NCBI GenBank assembly: GCA_039591655.1
Contig: JBDHDE010000002.1
Location: forward strand, 39,995-103,994
Source: Gemmatimonadota bacterium
GTDB lineage: Bacteria; Gemmatimonadota; Gemmatimonadetes; Gemmatimonadales; GWC2-71-9
Reading direction: 5' to 3'
Length of the DNA stretch: 64,000 nt
Part shown: positions 29,650-39,291 of the stretch, in pieces
How the letters are laid out: each line of letters begins with the position of its first letter
Position numbering within the stretch: the first letter of the stretch is position 1
Position numbers and translations under genes: made by a program
The notes under the pieces: generated by a model
The model's input: the letters and a program-made list of their open reading frames with translations, nothing else
What the model was told of the DNA's origin: nothing
Databases searched by the model: none

Positions 29650-29755
29650 TGGTGACCTCCGCTGACAGGTTATCTGGGCGCACAGCGCGCTGGCGAACGC
29701 GTACACTCAAAGCTATCTTCGCCCCGCAAACGAGCAAAGCACGGAGGATCAACGG

Positions 29756-30664
29756 ATGCTACGGTCACACCTCATTGCGGTGATCGGCGTCACATTTGCC
29801 CTCACGGCGTGCGGCGGCGGCGGGCGCAGCGATGGGGGCAGCCAGCCCATCGCCGTCTCCGGGGTCGGCTTCGCAACGCCGGAATCGCTGCTGCACGACG
29901 CCACCGCGGACGTCTACCTCGTCTCCAACATCAACGGCTCCCCGCTCGCCAAGGACGACAACGGATTCATCTCCCGCCTGGCGCCCGACGGCAGCGTGCT
30001 CGAGCTCAAGTGGATCGATGGCGCGGCCCCCGACGTCACCCTCCACGCCCCCAAGGGCACCGCATTGAAGGGCGACACCCTGATCGTCGCAGACATCGAT
30101 GTGGTGCGGCTGTTCGACCGGCTCAGCGGCGCCCCCATCGGGCAGTGGGCCGTGGCCGGAGCCACATTCCTGAACGACGTCGCGGTCGGACCGGACGGCA
30201 CGGTCTACGTGACCGACAGCGGGTTCGAGGCGGGTGACGAGGGCTTCGCCCCCAGCGGCACAGACGCGGTGCACAAGTTCGATGCGGAGGGCCAGGCCGC
30301 GGCCCTGGTGAGCGGCGCGGCGCTAGGGGGACCCAACGGCATCGTGGTGGACGGCGCCCGCGTGATGATCGTGACCTTCGGGACGGGTCGGGTCATCCTG
30401 GTTCAGCGGGAGGCGGGCACGATCAGCGGCCTGCCGGCCCCGCCGACCGGCCAGCTCGACGGGGTCGTGAAGGTGGCCGACGGCCAGTTCCTCATATCGA
30501 GCTGGGAAGGCCAGGCCGTCTACCGCCTGGGCGCCGGCGGGGTGTACACGACAGAGGTGGACTCGGTGGAGGCGCCAGCCGACATCGGGTTCGACGCCAC
30601 CCGACGCCGGGTGCTGATCCCGCTATTCATGGCACACGAGGTCTTGATTCGGCCGGTGGAGTAG
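29756..30664 (+). CDS. SMP-30/gluconolactonase-like beta-propeller lipoprotein
   Basis: Lipobox LTAC, FATPES, VSNING, FLNDV, GPNGI, LDG, PADIG. Confidence 0.85.
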   Translation: MLRSHLIAVIGVTFALTACGGGGRSDGGSQPIAVSGVGFATPESLLHDATADVYLVSNINGSPLAKDDNGFISRLAPDGSVLELKWIDGAAPDVTLHAPKGTALKGDTLIVADIDVVRLFDRLSGAPIGQWAVAGATFLNDVAVGPDGTVYVTDSGFEAGDEGFAPSGTDAVHKFDAEGQAAALVSGAALGGPNGIVVDGARVMIVTFGTGRVILVQREAGTISGLPAPPTGQLDGVVKVADGQFLISSWEGQAVYRLGAGGVYTTEVDSVEAPADIGFDATRRRVLIPLFMAHEVLIRPVE

Positions 30665-30730
30665 GCCGGGGGGTAGGCCAGCGGGAAGGGGGAATGAAGA
30701 AAGCGAGGGGGCGGGCCTCACCCGCGAGCG

Positions 30731-32332
30731 CTAAGGCTCGGCCACCTCCCCCTGCTTCGCCGCCTCCACCATCGCCGCCACGTCGGCGAGCAGCCGCCGG
30801 GCGTCGTAGATGATGCCGTCCTTGACGGTGTACCTCACCCCACCCACGCGCTCGACCGCACCGGTCTCGTCGTTCAGGCGCTGCGTGCCGGTGCCGTAGA
30901 GCACCTTGAGGTTGTGGATCGGGTTCTCCTCCACCACCACCAGGTCGGCCAGCATGCCGGGGCGGACGATGCCGAACTCGATGGGCTCTCCCTTGGGCTC
31001 GTGGATTGCCTGGGCCCCGTACAGCGTGGCCGACCGGATCACCTCCAGCGGGTGGAAGCCCGCCTCCTGCAGCAGCTCGAGCTCCCGCACGTAGCCGAAC
31101 CCGTACAGCTTGTAGATGAACCCGGCGTCGGAACCGGTGGTAACCCGCCCCCCGCGGTTCTTGTACTCGTTCAGGAACGCCATCCAGAGCCGGAAGTTCC
31201 GCTTCCAGGCGATCTCGTCCTGCGTGGTCCAGTCGAACCAGAAGGAGCCGTGGCTCTCCCGGCTGGGTTGGTAGAAGCTCCACAAGTAAGGGAGCGTGTA
31301 GGTATCGTGCCACTCCGCCCGGCGGGCGCGCATCACGTCCCTGCTCGCCTCGTAGATCGTCATCGTCGGATCGATTACGAAGCGCAGGGCGAGAAGCTCG
31401 TCCATCACGGCGCTCCACTTCTCGCTTCCCGGGGGGGCCGCCTGTTCCCAGAGCCGGCCTGCCTGCCCGAAGCGGTGGTACTCGTCGTTGTAGTTGTAGT
31501 CGTCGGGGAAGTCCTGCACCGTCCGGTCGTCGAACATCGCCTCAGGAAGCCCGTACCAGTGTTCCATAGTGGTGAGGCCGAGCCGTGCGGCGTCCAGCAC
31601 GTTCATCCGGGCCACCCCCATCTGGCCCAGATGGGCGGCCGCTCCCATGCCGCGCTCCCGAGCTTCGTCGATGAGAGCCTCCATGATCACCGGCTCGTAG
31701 GAGACCAGCTTGAGGCCGTCCACGCCCTCGCCCGCGGCCCAACGCACCCAAGCGCGGGCGGCGTCGGGCGTCCGGACGGGGCCGTCGTCCCAGCCGGCAC
31801 CCGGGCGCGCGTACACGAAGATACGTGGCGCCACGATGGCGTTCTCGGCAGAGCGGGCTTGCTCGTGGAGGGTCCACTCGATGCCGTTGCCAGATCCGGG
31901 CTCCCGGATCGCGGTGATCCCGTGCGCCAGCCAGAGCTTGTAGACGTACTCGGCGGGGGCGCCCTGCGAGGCCCCGCCGATATGGGCGTGTAGATCCACG
32001 AAGCCCGGCAGCAGGTACATCCCGTGGGCATCCAGCTCCCGCGTCGCGTCCTGCGGGCGCCGTTCCTCATCGATGGCGGCGCCCGGCACACCCACGCTGC
32101 GTACCGTGACGATGCGGTTCCCCTCAATGACGATGTCCATGGGGCCGCGGGGCGGGGCCCCGGTGCCGTCCACCACGGTGACACCTCGGATGATGAGACG
32201 CTCGAACGGCCCGTCACCCTCGCCCGCTGCCCGGTCGGGCCCAGGGGCCACCGACTCCTGTGCCGCCACCGGACCAGCGCTTGCCACGAGCAGCGCCGCA
32301 CCCGCCAGAAGTAGCCAGCGTACCGTGTGCAT
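30731..32332 (-). CDS. secreted metal-dependent amidohydrolase
   Basis: Signal peptide, LPGFVDLHAH, EH, TGSDAG, G..ADLVVV; start uncertain (32332 or 32374). Confidence 0.88.
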   Translation of the reverse strand: MHTVRWLLLAGAALLVASAGPVAAQESVAPGPDRAAGEGDGPFERLIIRGVTVVDGTGAPPRGPMDIVIEGNRIVTVRSVGVPGAAIDEERRPQDATRELDAHGMYLLPGFVDLHAHIGGASQGAPAEYVYKLWLAHGITAIREPGSGNGIEWTLHEQARSAENAIVAPRIFVYARPGAGWDDGPVRTPDAARAWVRWAAGEGVDGLKLVSYEPVIMEALIDEARERGMGAAAHLGQMGVARMNVLDAARLGLTTMEHWYGLPEAMFDDRTVQDFPDDYNYNDEYHRFGQAGRLWEQAAPPGSEKWSAVMDELLALRFVIDPTMTIYEASRDVMRARRAEWHDTYTLPYLWSFYQPSRESHGSFWFDWTTQDEIAWKRNFRLWMAFLNEYKNRGGRVTTGSDAGFIYKLYGFGYVRELELLQEAGFHPLEVIRSATLYGAQAIHEPKGEPIEFGIVRPGMLADLVVVEENPIHNLKVLYGTGTQRLNDETGAVERVGGVRYTVKDGIIYDARRLLADVAAMVEAAKQGEVAEP

Positions 32333-32494
32333 CTTGACCCTTGCTCCCGGCGCCATCGCCAATGCGCGCCTCATGGTCTGCTCCTTCTTGGTGGCATCAA
32401 CGAGAACCGCGTGAAAGGACCTCTAACGAAACCGGGATTCGACACGGCCGCAAGTTCGCGGTATACGTACGGGGGGCCGTGACCACCCCGCATC

Positions 32495-33301
32495 ATGACC
32501 GGCGATCTGACTATTCGAGACCTGTCCACCCCGGGCGACTACGAGCAGTGCGTCGCGCTGCAGCGCGACACCTGGGGCGACGATTTCCGGGAGCTGGCTC
32601 CTCCGGCGCTGCTCCAGATCGCGCAGAAGGTCGGTGGCCTGGCGGTCGGCGCGTTTGACGCCGCAGGGAGCCTAGTGGGTTTCATCTTCGGGCTCACGGG
32701 GGTGCGTGAGGGACAGCTCACGCACTGGTCACACATGCTCGCCGTGCGGGAGGACGCCAGGGACCAGGGACTGGGCCGGCAACTCAAGATGCACCAACGC
32801 GAGCGCCTCCGAACGCTGGGCGTGCGCCGCATCCAGTGGTCATACGACCCGCTGGTGGCCCGGAACGCGAACCTCAACCTCAACGGGTTGCGCGTTAGCG
32901 TCCTCCAATACGTGCGCGACATGTACGGCGAGAATCCCCTGAGCAAGACCGACAGCGTGATCGGCACGGACCGGCTCGTCGTGGAGTGGATCATCGCGGC
33001 ACCACAGGCGCCGCCGGTGCCGGCGCCGGTTCCGTCCGTGGCCACTCCCGTGGTGTCGCCAGGCACCCAGGGAGAGGACCCTGCCCTGCCCGATGCGGCG
33101 GAGGTTCTCGTCGAGATCCCATGGGACATCCAGGCGCTCAAGCGCAGCGACCCAGACGCGGCGGTGGCGTGGCGCACCAGTACCAGGAGAGCCCTGGAGC
33201 ACTACCTCGGGCGCGGATACCACATCGCGGGGTTCAGTCGTGAGCCCGACGCGTCACGCTGCTACTACGTGATCCGTGGACGGGGATCCGGCGATGACTG
33301 A
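32495..33301 (+). CDS. GNAT acyltransferase (putative D-amino acid N-succinyltransferase)
   Basis: HWSHMLAV..RDQGLG..LK..QR, WSYDPLVARNA, DMYG, DRLVVEW; overlaps the OSBS/NSAR gene. Confidence 0.85.
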   Translation: MTGDLTIRDLSTPGDYEQCVALQRDTWGDDFRELAPPALLQIAQKVGGLAVGAFDAAGSLVGFIFGLTGVREGQLTHWSHMLAVREDARDQGLGRQLKMHQRERLRTLGVRRIQWSYDPLVARNANLNLNGLRVSVLQYVRDMYGENPLSKTDSVIGTDRLVVEWIIAAPQAPPVPAPVPSVATPVVSPGTQGEDPALPDAAEVLVEIPWDIQALKRSDPDAAVAWRTSTRRALEHYLGRGYHIAGFSREPDASRCYYVIRGRGSGDD

Positions 33302-34427
33302 GCTCAGCCGGCTCACGCTGCGCGAGATTCGTCTCGCCCTACGGGAGCCCTTTCGGATCTCCTCCGGCACGAGCCAGGATCGGCGTATTCTGCTGGTGGA
33401 GCTGTACGACGTTGACGGCGTCACGGGCTGGGGGGAGTGCGTGGCAGGCGAGACCCCCCACTACTCCCCCGAGACCGTGGACACGGCCTGGCTCGCCATA
33501 CAGCGGTGGATCGCTCCACTGGCGTTGGATCGGGCCTTCGACGAGCCCGCGGAGCTGTACCGCACGCTGGCCACCTCGATTCGGGGACACCACATGGCCC
33601 GGGCCGCCGTCGAGATGGCAGCCTGGGACCTCACCGCGCGGAGGCAGGGGCTCTCCTTGGCCGAGCTCCTCGGCGGTACCCGGGAGCGGGTCGCCACAGG
33701 CATCTCCCTCGGAATCCAGCCCGATCCCGCCCGACTGGCGGAGCAGGCGCACGCGGCCGTGCAGGAGGGCTACCGCCGCATCAAGCTCAAGATCGCACCG
33801 GGCCTCGACCTGCCGTACGTGGAAGCGGTGCGAGCGGCGCTGCGCCCGGATACTCCCCTCAGCGTGGACGCCAACGGCGCCTACACCCCGGACGATACCG
33901 GGATCCTCCAACGCCTCGACGCGTTCGGGCTGGTGATGCTGGAGCAGCCCCTGGCCCCCGGCGACCTGGTGAGGCACGCGGCCCTGCAGCGCGCACTGTC
34001 CACGCCCATCTGTTTGGACGAGTCCATCACCGACCCGGATCGGGCGTCGGACATGGTGTCGCTGGGCAGCGGCAAGGTGATCAACATCAAGCCGGGTCGC
34101 GTGGGCGGGTTCACGGCAGCACGGGAGATCCACGACCTGGCGGCGGCGCACGGCATTCCCGTCTGGTGCGGCGGGATGCTCGAGAGCGGAGTGGGTCGGG
34201 CCCACAACGTCGCCCTCGCTTCCCTGCCCAACTTCGAGCTGGCAGGGGACCTCAGCCCCAGCCGTCGCTATTGGGACCGGGACATCGTTGTGCCGGAGTG
34301 GGAGATGGAAGACGGCATGATCACGGTCCCGTCCCAGGAGCCTGGCATGGGCGTCGAGGTCGACGTCGATTTCCTCGCGCACTGCACCGAGCGCTCAGAG
34401 ACGATGTCCGCCGGGAGCGCACCGTGA
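33294..34427 (+). CDS. menC: o-succinylbenzoate synthase / N-succinylamino acid racemase (enolase superfamily)
   Basis: PFRISSG, KLK, DAN, EQP, DES, NIKPGRVGG, WCGGMLESG, GDLSPS. Confidence 0.9.
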   Translation: MTELSRLTLREIRLALREPFRISSGTSQDRRILLVELYDVDGVTGWGECVAGETPHYSPETVDTAWLAIQRWIAPLALDRAFDEPAELYRTLATSIRGHHMARAAVEMAAWDLTARRQGLSLAELLGGTRERVATGISLGIQPDPARLAEQAHAAVQEGYRRIKLKIAPGLDLPYVEAVRAALRPDTPLSVDANGAYTPDDTGILQRLDAFGLVMLEQPLAPGDLVRHAALQRALSTPICLDESITDPDRASDMVSLGSGKVINIKPGRVGGFTAAREIHDLAAAHGIPVWCGGMLESGVGRAHNVALASLPNFELAGDLSPSRRYWDRDIVVPEWEMEDGMITVPSQEPGMGVEVDVDFLAHCTERSETMSAGSAP

Positions 34428-35596
34428 TCCCGATGGTCGACCGGGAGCTGTTTCAGCGCCTGGTGGCACTGCGCCGGGATCTCCACCGTCACCCCGAGCT
34501 CTCCTGGCACGAGACGCGCACGGCGGAGCAGGTGTGTCGTGTCCTCGACCGGCTGGGGATCGAATACCGGCGCGGGGTCGCGGAGACGGGGGTGGTCGCC
34601 GATCTCCCCGGCCCGCCCGACGTTCCCGCAGTCGCGCTGCGCGCCGACATGGACGCGCTGCCCATCGAGGAAGAGACCGGCCTGAAGTACGCCTCGGTCC
34701 ACGTCGGCGTCATGCACGCCTGCGGGCACGACGGCCACACCAGCATGCTGCTGGGCGCCGCCGAGCTCCTCAAGCGCGAGAGCACGTTGCCCTGCCCCGT
34801 GCGGCTCCTGTTCCAGCCGGCGGAGGAGACGGGATCGGGCGCCCGGGCGATGATCGAGGACGGCGCCCTCGACGGGGTCGGGATGATCTTCGGCGGACAC
34901 CTCGACGCGGCTTACGCCCCAGGCGAGATCGTCGTGGATCCGACGGCCGTCAACGCGTCCACCGATGAGTTCGTGATTCAGCTCTCAGGCCCGGGCGGTC
35001 ACGCCGCTCGCCCGCACGAGACCGTGGACCCCATCGTTGCAGGGAGCCTGATCGTTGCGGCCCTGCAGACCATCGTGGCCCGATCGGTGCAGCCCAACCA
35101 GGTCGCCGTGGTCACCGTGGGACGCTTCGAGGCCGGCACGGCCGCCAACGTCATCGCTACCCAGGCGCGGCTCACCGGGACGCTGCGAGCGCTCGATGCC
35201 GCGGTCCGCACCCGGCTGGTCACGGCCGTACGCCAGGTAGCCGAGTCCACCGCGGCGGCGCAGGACGTCGAGGTCGAGGTCAACTTCACGGAGGGGACGC
35301 CGGCCGTGGTGAATGCGCCGGAGCCCACCGCGCTCGCCAGAGAGACCGCGGCAATCGTGGTCGGTGACGAGCGCGTGCTGCCGCTGCGTACACCGAACCT
35401 CGGGGGAGAGGACTTCGGCTTCTTCCTCCAGCACGTGCCCGGGTGCTACGTGCGGTTCGGCGCCCAGCCTTCCGGAGAGACCACTTTCCCCGCTCACTCC
35501 AGCCGCTTCGGCTTCGACGAGCAGGCCCTGGCAGTGGGAGCCGGCTACTTCTATCAGGTCGCTCTCGTTGCAGGCCGGAGGCTCAGGGAGGCATGA
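34424..35596 (+). CDS. M20 family amidohydrolase (putative N-succinyl-L-amino acid desuccinylase)
   Basis: RRDLHRHPELS, LRADMDALP, MHACGHDGH, FQPAEE, GGHAARPH, GGEDF; GTGA overlap with menC. Confidence 0.9.
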   Translation: MIPMVDRELFQRLVALRRDLHRHPELSWHETRTAEQVCRVLDRLGIEYRRGVAETGVVADLPGPPDVPAVALRADMDALPIEEETGLKYASVHVGVMHACGHDGHTSMLLGAAELLKRESTLPCPVRLLFQPAEETGSGARAMIEDGALDGVGMIFGGHLDAAYAPGEIVVDPTAVNASTDEFVIQLSGPGGHAARPHETVDPIVAGSLIVAALQTIVARSVQPNQVAVVTVGRFEAGTAANVIATQARLTGTLRALDAAVRTRLVTAVRQVAESTAAAQDVEVEVNFTEGTPAVVNAPEPTALARETAAIVVGDERVLPLRTPNLGGEDFGFFLQHVPGCYVRFGAQPSGETTFPAHSSRFGFDEQALAVGAGYFYQVALVAGRRLREA

Positions 35597-35612
35597 TGCG
35601 TCAGTACGCGCC

Positions 35613-35885
35613 CTACGCGTCCTCAGCCGCTGTTACCGGGGCACTCTCCTCCCGCCGCTGGTAGGCCCGCTGCATCCGCCGTACCAAGACGATCCACACC
35701 AGCAGCCCTGCCGTGCCACCCAGCACGGCCCCACCGACCATCCAGAAGAGACCGTTGTCATCGGAGCGCAGACTCGGCACGAGGGCGCCCACCCAGCCGC
35801 CAAAAAACGAAGCCGCCCACACCACCACGGGCGTGAGCAGCCAGCCGGCGATGTAGGCGAGCCGGCGCGGGGAACGGCGGTTCAC
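35613..35885 (-). CDS. small hypothetical 2-TM membrane protein
   Basis: GTG start overlaps the upstream stop (GTGA); two hydrophobic segments. Confidence 0.65.
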   Translation of the reverse strand: MNRRSPRRLAYIAGWLLTPVVVWAASFFGGWVGALVPSLRSDDNGLFWMVGGAVLGGTAGLLVWIVLVRRMQRAYQRREESAPVTAAEDA

Positions 35886-36496
35886 CGCCGCGCCAGTACC
35901 GCAGCCAGGGGCACGTGCAGCACCAGCGCCACCCCGTAGGCGAGCGCCACCACGGCGGCGTGGAACGGCGCCGGGGTCGCCAACACGAGGAGGGCCGTCA
36001 CCATCAGCGCGATACCCACGGTGCCGGGCACAGTCTTCAGGAGCGCACTCTCTCGAGCACCGGCGGAGAGCGCCTCGATCCAGCCGCCCAGCCAGGCCAG
36101 CAGCGCCGCCAGGATCCACCACACCGGGATGTACCAGAAGCCACTTCCTCCCCCGATCTGATCCCAGGTCCAGTGATACAGTGCCAGCGGCCTGAGCAGG
36201 ACGATGTCGAGCACAGTGAAAGCCAGGGCACCGAGCAGTCCAACCAGCGCCGCCCAGGCAATGGCGTCGGTGCTGCGGGGACGCACCCACAGCGCCGGCA
36301 GGAAGCTGCACAGCGCCGCCCCCACCAGTACCAGCAGCGACTGCACCACCGTCTCGGCTAGCCCCGTCATCACCCGAGACAGGAGCGCGAAGGCGGTCAC
36401 GCCGACCGCCATGAGAATCCCGAGCTTGATGCCCCCGCCGACGATGGTGCGGACGTCGGTCCGCTCCATTCCGGCGGTCTGGGCCACTGATGTCAT
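35882..36496 (-). CDS. hypothetical polytopic membrane protein
   Basis: About 6 hydrophobic helices, aromatic loop LYHWTWDQIGGGSGFWYIPVWW. Confidence 0.75.
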   Translation of the reverse strand: MTSVAQTAGMERTDVRTIVGGGIKLGILMAVGVTAFALLSRVMTGLAETVVQSLLVLVGAALCSFLPALWVRPRSTDAIAWAALVGLLGALAFTVLDIVLLRPLALYHWTWDQIGGGSGFWYIPVWWILAALLAWLGGWIEALSAGARESALLKTVPGTVGIALMVTALLVLATPAPFHAAVVALAYGVALVLHVPLAAVLARR

Positions 36497-36565
36497 GGGC
36501 GCGTCTTTCTCATTCGGGTGCTGAGCCGCATCAAGTTTACCCGCCCGGTCGCGGCCACACCACCG

Positions 36566-36799
36566 CTAGCCGTCGGTGCGCGGGCCACCGCGCATGGCCC
36601 CCACGCTGGAAAGGGTAGACACCAGGTACGGAACCAAGAGCGTGAGCCCCATCTTGAGCACCGCGCTGCGATCGACCGTGCCCGCCACGATGGCGTCACC
36701 CTGATTGATGGCTATCAGGATCGGTCCCACGATCACGGCGTAGACCAGCCCGCGGCGGACGACCTCGGGTCGTAGGGCCGTCCTAAGCCAGTCTCTCAC
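36566..36799 (-). CDS. nrtS: NrtS-family small membrane protein
   Basis: RR.L..A.IVGPILIAINQGDA...K..LT..VPYLVST pattern. Confidence 0.75.
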   Translation of the reverse strand: MRDWLRTALRPEVVRRGLVYAVIVGPILIAINQGDAIVAGTVDRSAVLKMGLTLLVPYLVSTLSSVGAMRGGPRTDG

Positions 36800-37579
36800 T
36801 CACCACTCCAGCCCCAGTCGTGACGCGGCCACCTTGAGCCCGAGTAGCGTGAGATGCGGCTCTACGGCTTCGATCTCCTGACAGAGGGGCGCCACCATAT
36901 CGGCGAGGCCGCCCGTGGCCACGACATAGGGGGAATCCGCGCCGGGCCACTCGGCCTTGATGCGCCGCACTATCCCATCCACCGCATCGGCGGTCCCGAG
37001 CAGCACACCTGCACGGATGCACTCCTCGGTGCGGCGACCGATCACCCGCTCCGGAGGCACCAGTTCAGTGGCCGGGAGCTTCGCCGCCCGAAGCGCCAGA
37101 TCCTCGGCCGCCGTCCTCATGCCAGGGGCGATAACGCCTCCCAAGAACGTCCCGTCCCCGGTGATGCAGTCGAACGTGGTCGCCGTGCCGAAGTCCACCA
37201 CCACGGTGTCCCGTCCATAGAGCGCGGCGGCCGCGACGGTATTCACCACCCGGTCCGCCCCGACCGAGTGTGGCTCCTCCACGTCCAGCTTGATCTCCAG
37301 CGGCGACTCCGGTCCCACCTGCACCGGGCTGAACCCCATGGCGAGCTCGATGCCCTCCGCCAGCCTCTCGGTCACGCCCGGGGCGACCGAAGCCTCCACT
37401 GCTGCCCGCACCTCATGCGGCGAGTGTCCGGCGTGGTTGAGGAACGACATCAGCATGGCGGCCCACTCATCGGGCGTGCGGTCCGTCACGGTCGTGAGCC
37501 GCCAATGGGCGAGGAGCCGGTCGCCTGCGAACAGCCCCAGCGTTATCTCGGTGTTTCCGACGTCGGCGGTGAGTAGCAT
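36800..37579 (-). CDS. coaX: type III pantothenate kinase
   Basis: DVGNT, ASVAP, GADR, VDFGTATT, GGVIAPG, ATGG; start trimmed to ATG 37579. Confidence 0.95.
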   Translation of the reverse strand: MLLTADVGNTEITLGLFAGDRLLAHWRLTTVTDRTPDEWAAMLMSFLNHAGHSPHEVRAAVEASVAPGVTERLAEGIELAMGFSPVQVGPESPLEIKLDVEEPHSVGADRVVNTVAAAALYGRDTVVVDFGTATTFDCITGDGTFLGGVIAPGMRTAAEDLALRAAKLPATELVPPERVIGRRTEECIRAGVLLGTADAVDGIVRRIKAEWPGADSPYVVATGGLADMVAPLCQEIEAVEPHLTLLGLKVAASRLGLEW

Positions 37580-37589
37580 GATCCGGTAA

Positions 37590-38564
37590 TCAGCGGATGC
37601 CGCGCAGCACGCCCTTCTGCCGGACGACGAGGACGGCAAAGGTGAGCACCGCCACGAGATGCGCGACGCCGAACTCCCAACCTCCGGCGCCTGCCGGTGC
37701 GGACTCGGTCGCCGCCGCCGCGTAGCGGATCGCGTCGGACCCTGCGAGAACCAGCGCGTAATAGAGACCGGAGACCAGGAGGGAGCCCGAGAGCACGTAC
37801 AGGCAGCCCGCACCCATGGCACTCAGACCGGCCAGCCACCAGGGCGCCACGAACATCTGCGACCCGGCTCCCACCAGCATCCACCAGAGGGTGGCCACGG
37901 CGGCCGCGCCTGCGATGAGCATCAGCCCTGCCCGGTCGGGATGCCCTATCAGCAGGCGTCGAAACGCCAGCTCGGTAGTGACCAGCGCCGCCGCGGCACC
38001 CAGCGCCGTGAGGAACGCCAGCGTGCCCAGCGCCGTGCCCTGGCAAACCGGCGCATCCGGCAAGCCCCCCGTGCTCACGAGACACACGGCGTCACTGCCA
38101 CCCCGCAAGATCAGGCCGACCAGTGCCAACCCCCAGGGCACCAGCCCGGCGCCCACCGCGGCGCCGAACCATGGGAGGTACTTACGCTGCTGAACGAACG
38201 CCCACGTGAACCCCCACGCCGCCACGCCGACGACCACCACGAGGGCCACACCGGGCTCGAGCCAGGCCACCAAGCCGGACGAAAGGGCCGGCCGCCCCAC
38301 CACTATCAGCAGACCGAACACGAGGGCAACCGCCACCACCGTTCCGGCGGAGAAGCGGGAGCGCCAAGGACCGTTGGGCCAGATGCTGATCGGGAGATGC
38401 ATCCCCCGCAGGATGAACGCAGCCACGACCCCGACGCTGAGAGGCGCGACGGCATCACCGACGAGCCCGCGCAGCGTCTCGGTCTCGAGCATCCACCACG
38501 AGGCGAAGAGGAAGAGCACCGCCGCAGCGCCCCGCGCCCACAGCGGCAGATCACGCTGTAGCAA
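37590..38564 (-). CDS. polytopic membrane protein, degenerate CPBP/Abi-like
   Basis: About 10 TM helices; TELAFRRLL and SGSLLVSGLYYAL resemble CPBP motifs but lack the EE and His residues. Confidence 0.6.
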   Translation of the reverse strand: MLQRDLPLWARGAAAVLFLFASWWMLETETLRGLVGDAVAPLSVGVVAAFILRGMHLPISIWPNGPWRSRFSAGTVVAVALVFGLLIVVGRPALSSGLVAWLEPGVALVVVVGVAAWGFTWAFVQQRKYLPWFGAAVGAGLVPWGLALVGLILRGGSDAVCLVSTGGLPDAPVCQGTALGTLAFLTALGAAAALVTTELAFRRLLIGHPDRAGLMLIAGAAAVATLWWMLVGAGSQMFVAPWWLAGLSAMGAGCLYVLSGSLLVSGLYYALVLAGSDAIRYAAAATESAPAGAGGWEFGVAHLVAVLTFAVLVVRQKGVLRGIR

Positions 38565-39291
38565 CGCTGCCCCCTACGATCCGTTCCACACCGTCCTCCG
38601 TTTCCACCAGCAGCGCCCCATCCGGCCCGACGCCCGACGCTCGGCCCTCGACGGGGCTACTCAGCCACCGCCCCCGCAACCAATCGCAATGCCGGAACGC
38701 ATCCTGCTCGACGGCATCCAGCTGCGCAGCATCGGGCATCGCGTGGAGCCTCGGGACGAGCCGCTGGAGCACGTCCAACCGTGCGGTTCCCGCCCGCACG
38801 TCATCCAGTGCGACGGCACTCGTGCTCACTTCCGGGGGAACCCGGCCGTGCACGTTGAGGCCGATTCCCACCGCTACCCACCTCGGTCTCCCCTGAGCCC
38901 AGCGGGCCTCGCAGAGAATGCCTCCCAGCTTGCGATCCCGCACCACGACATCGTTGGGCCACTTGAGCCCGGCCTCGACACCGAGCTCGCCTAATGATTG
39001 CACCACCGCTAGCCCGGCGCGCAATGCCACCAACCCGCTCTCCGCCGCCACCCGCGGTCTGGCCAGGTAGGCCAGCAGAATGCCGCTGCCCCGCTGGCTC
39101 TGCCAGCGGCGGCCATGTCGTCCCCGACCTTCCGCCTGCTCGTCCGCCAACACGACGGTGCCGGCCGGCGCTCCCTGTTCGGCGATCTCGTGAACCACGT
39201 CCAGGGTGCTAGCGACGCGGTCGAAGCACAGGCATCGCGGCGCGTCGAGGCGGATCGCCAGCTCCTCCGGCTCCAGCCCGTCGTAGCGCAT
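38551..39291 (-). CDS. birA: biotin-protein ligase (no HTH domain)
   Basis: QAEGRGRHGRRW, KWPNDV, KLGGILCE, GIGLNV; start trimmed to ATG 39291. Confidence 0.93.
   Translation of the reverse strand: MRYDGLEPEELAIRLDAPRCLCFDRVASTLDVVHEIAEQGAPAGTVVLADEQAEGRGRHGRRWQSQRGSGILLAYLARPRVAAESGLVALRAGLAVVQSLGELGVEAGLKWPNDVVVRDRKLGGILCEARWAQGRPRWVAVGIGLNVHGRVPPEVSTSAVALDDVRAGTARLDVLQRLVPRLHAMPDAAQLDAVEQDAFRHCDWLRGRWLSSPVEGRASGVGPDGALLVETEDGVERIVGGSVATA

Noticed and set aside
30690-30730. Candidate terminator between the lipoprotein and amidohydrolase genes
   Set aside because: Only a 5-bp stem, separated from a weak U-tract; insufficient support
33437-34423. Apparent 719-aa fusion ORF ending in the M20 peptidase
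   Set aside because: The N-terminal part is an off-frame read of menC; the real start is GTG 34424 (or ATG 34433)
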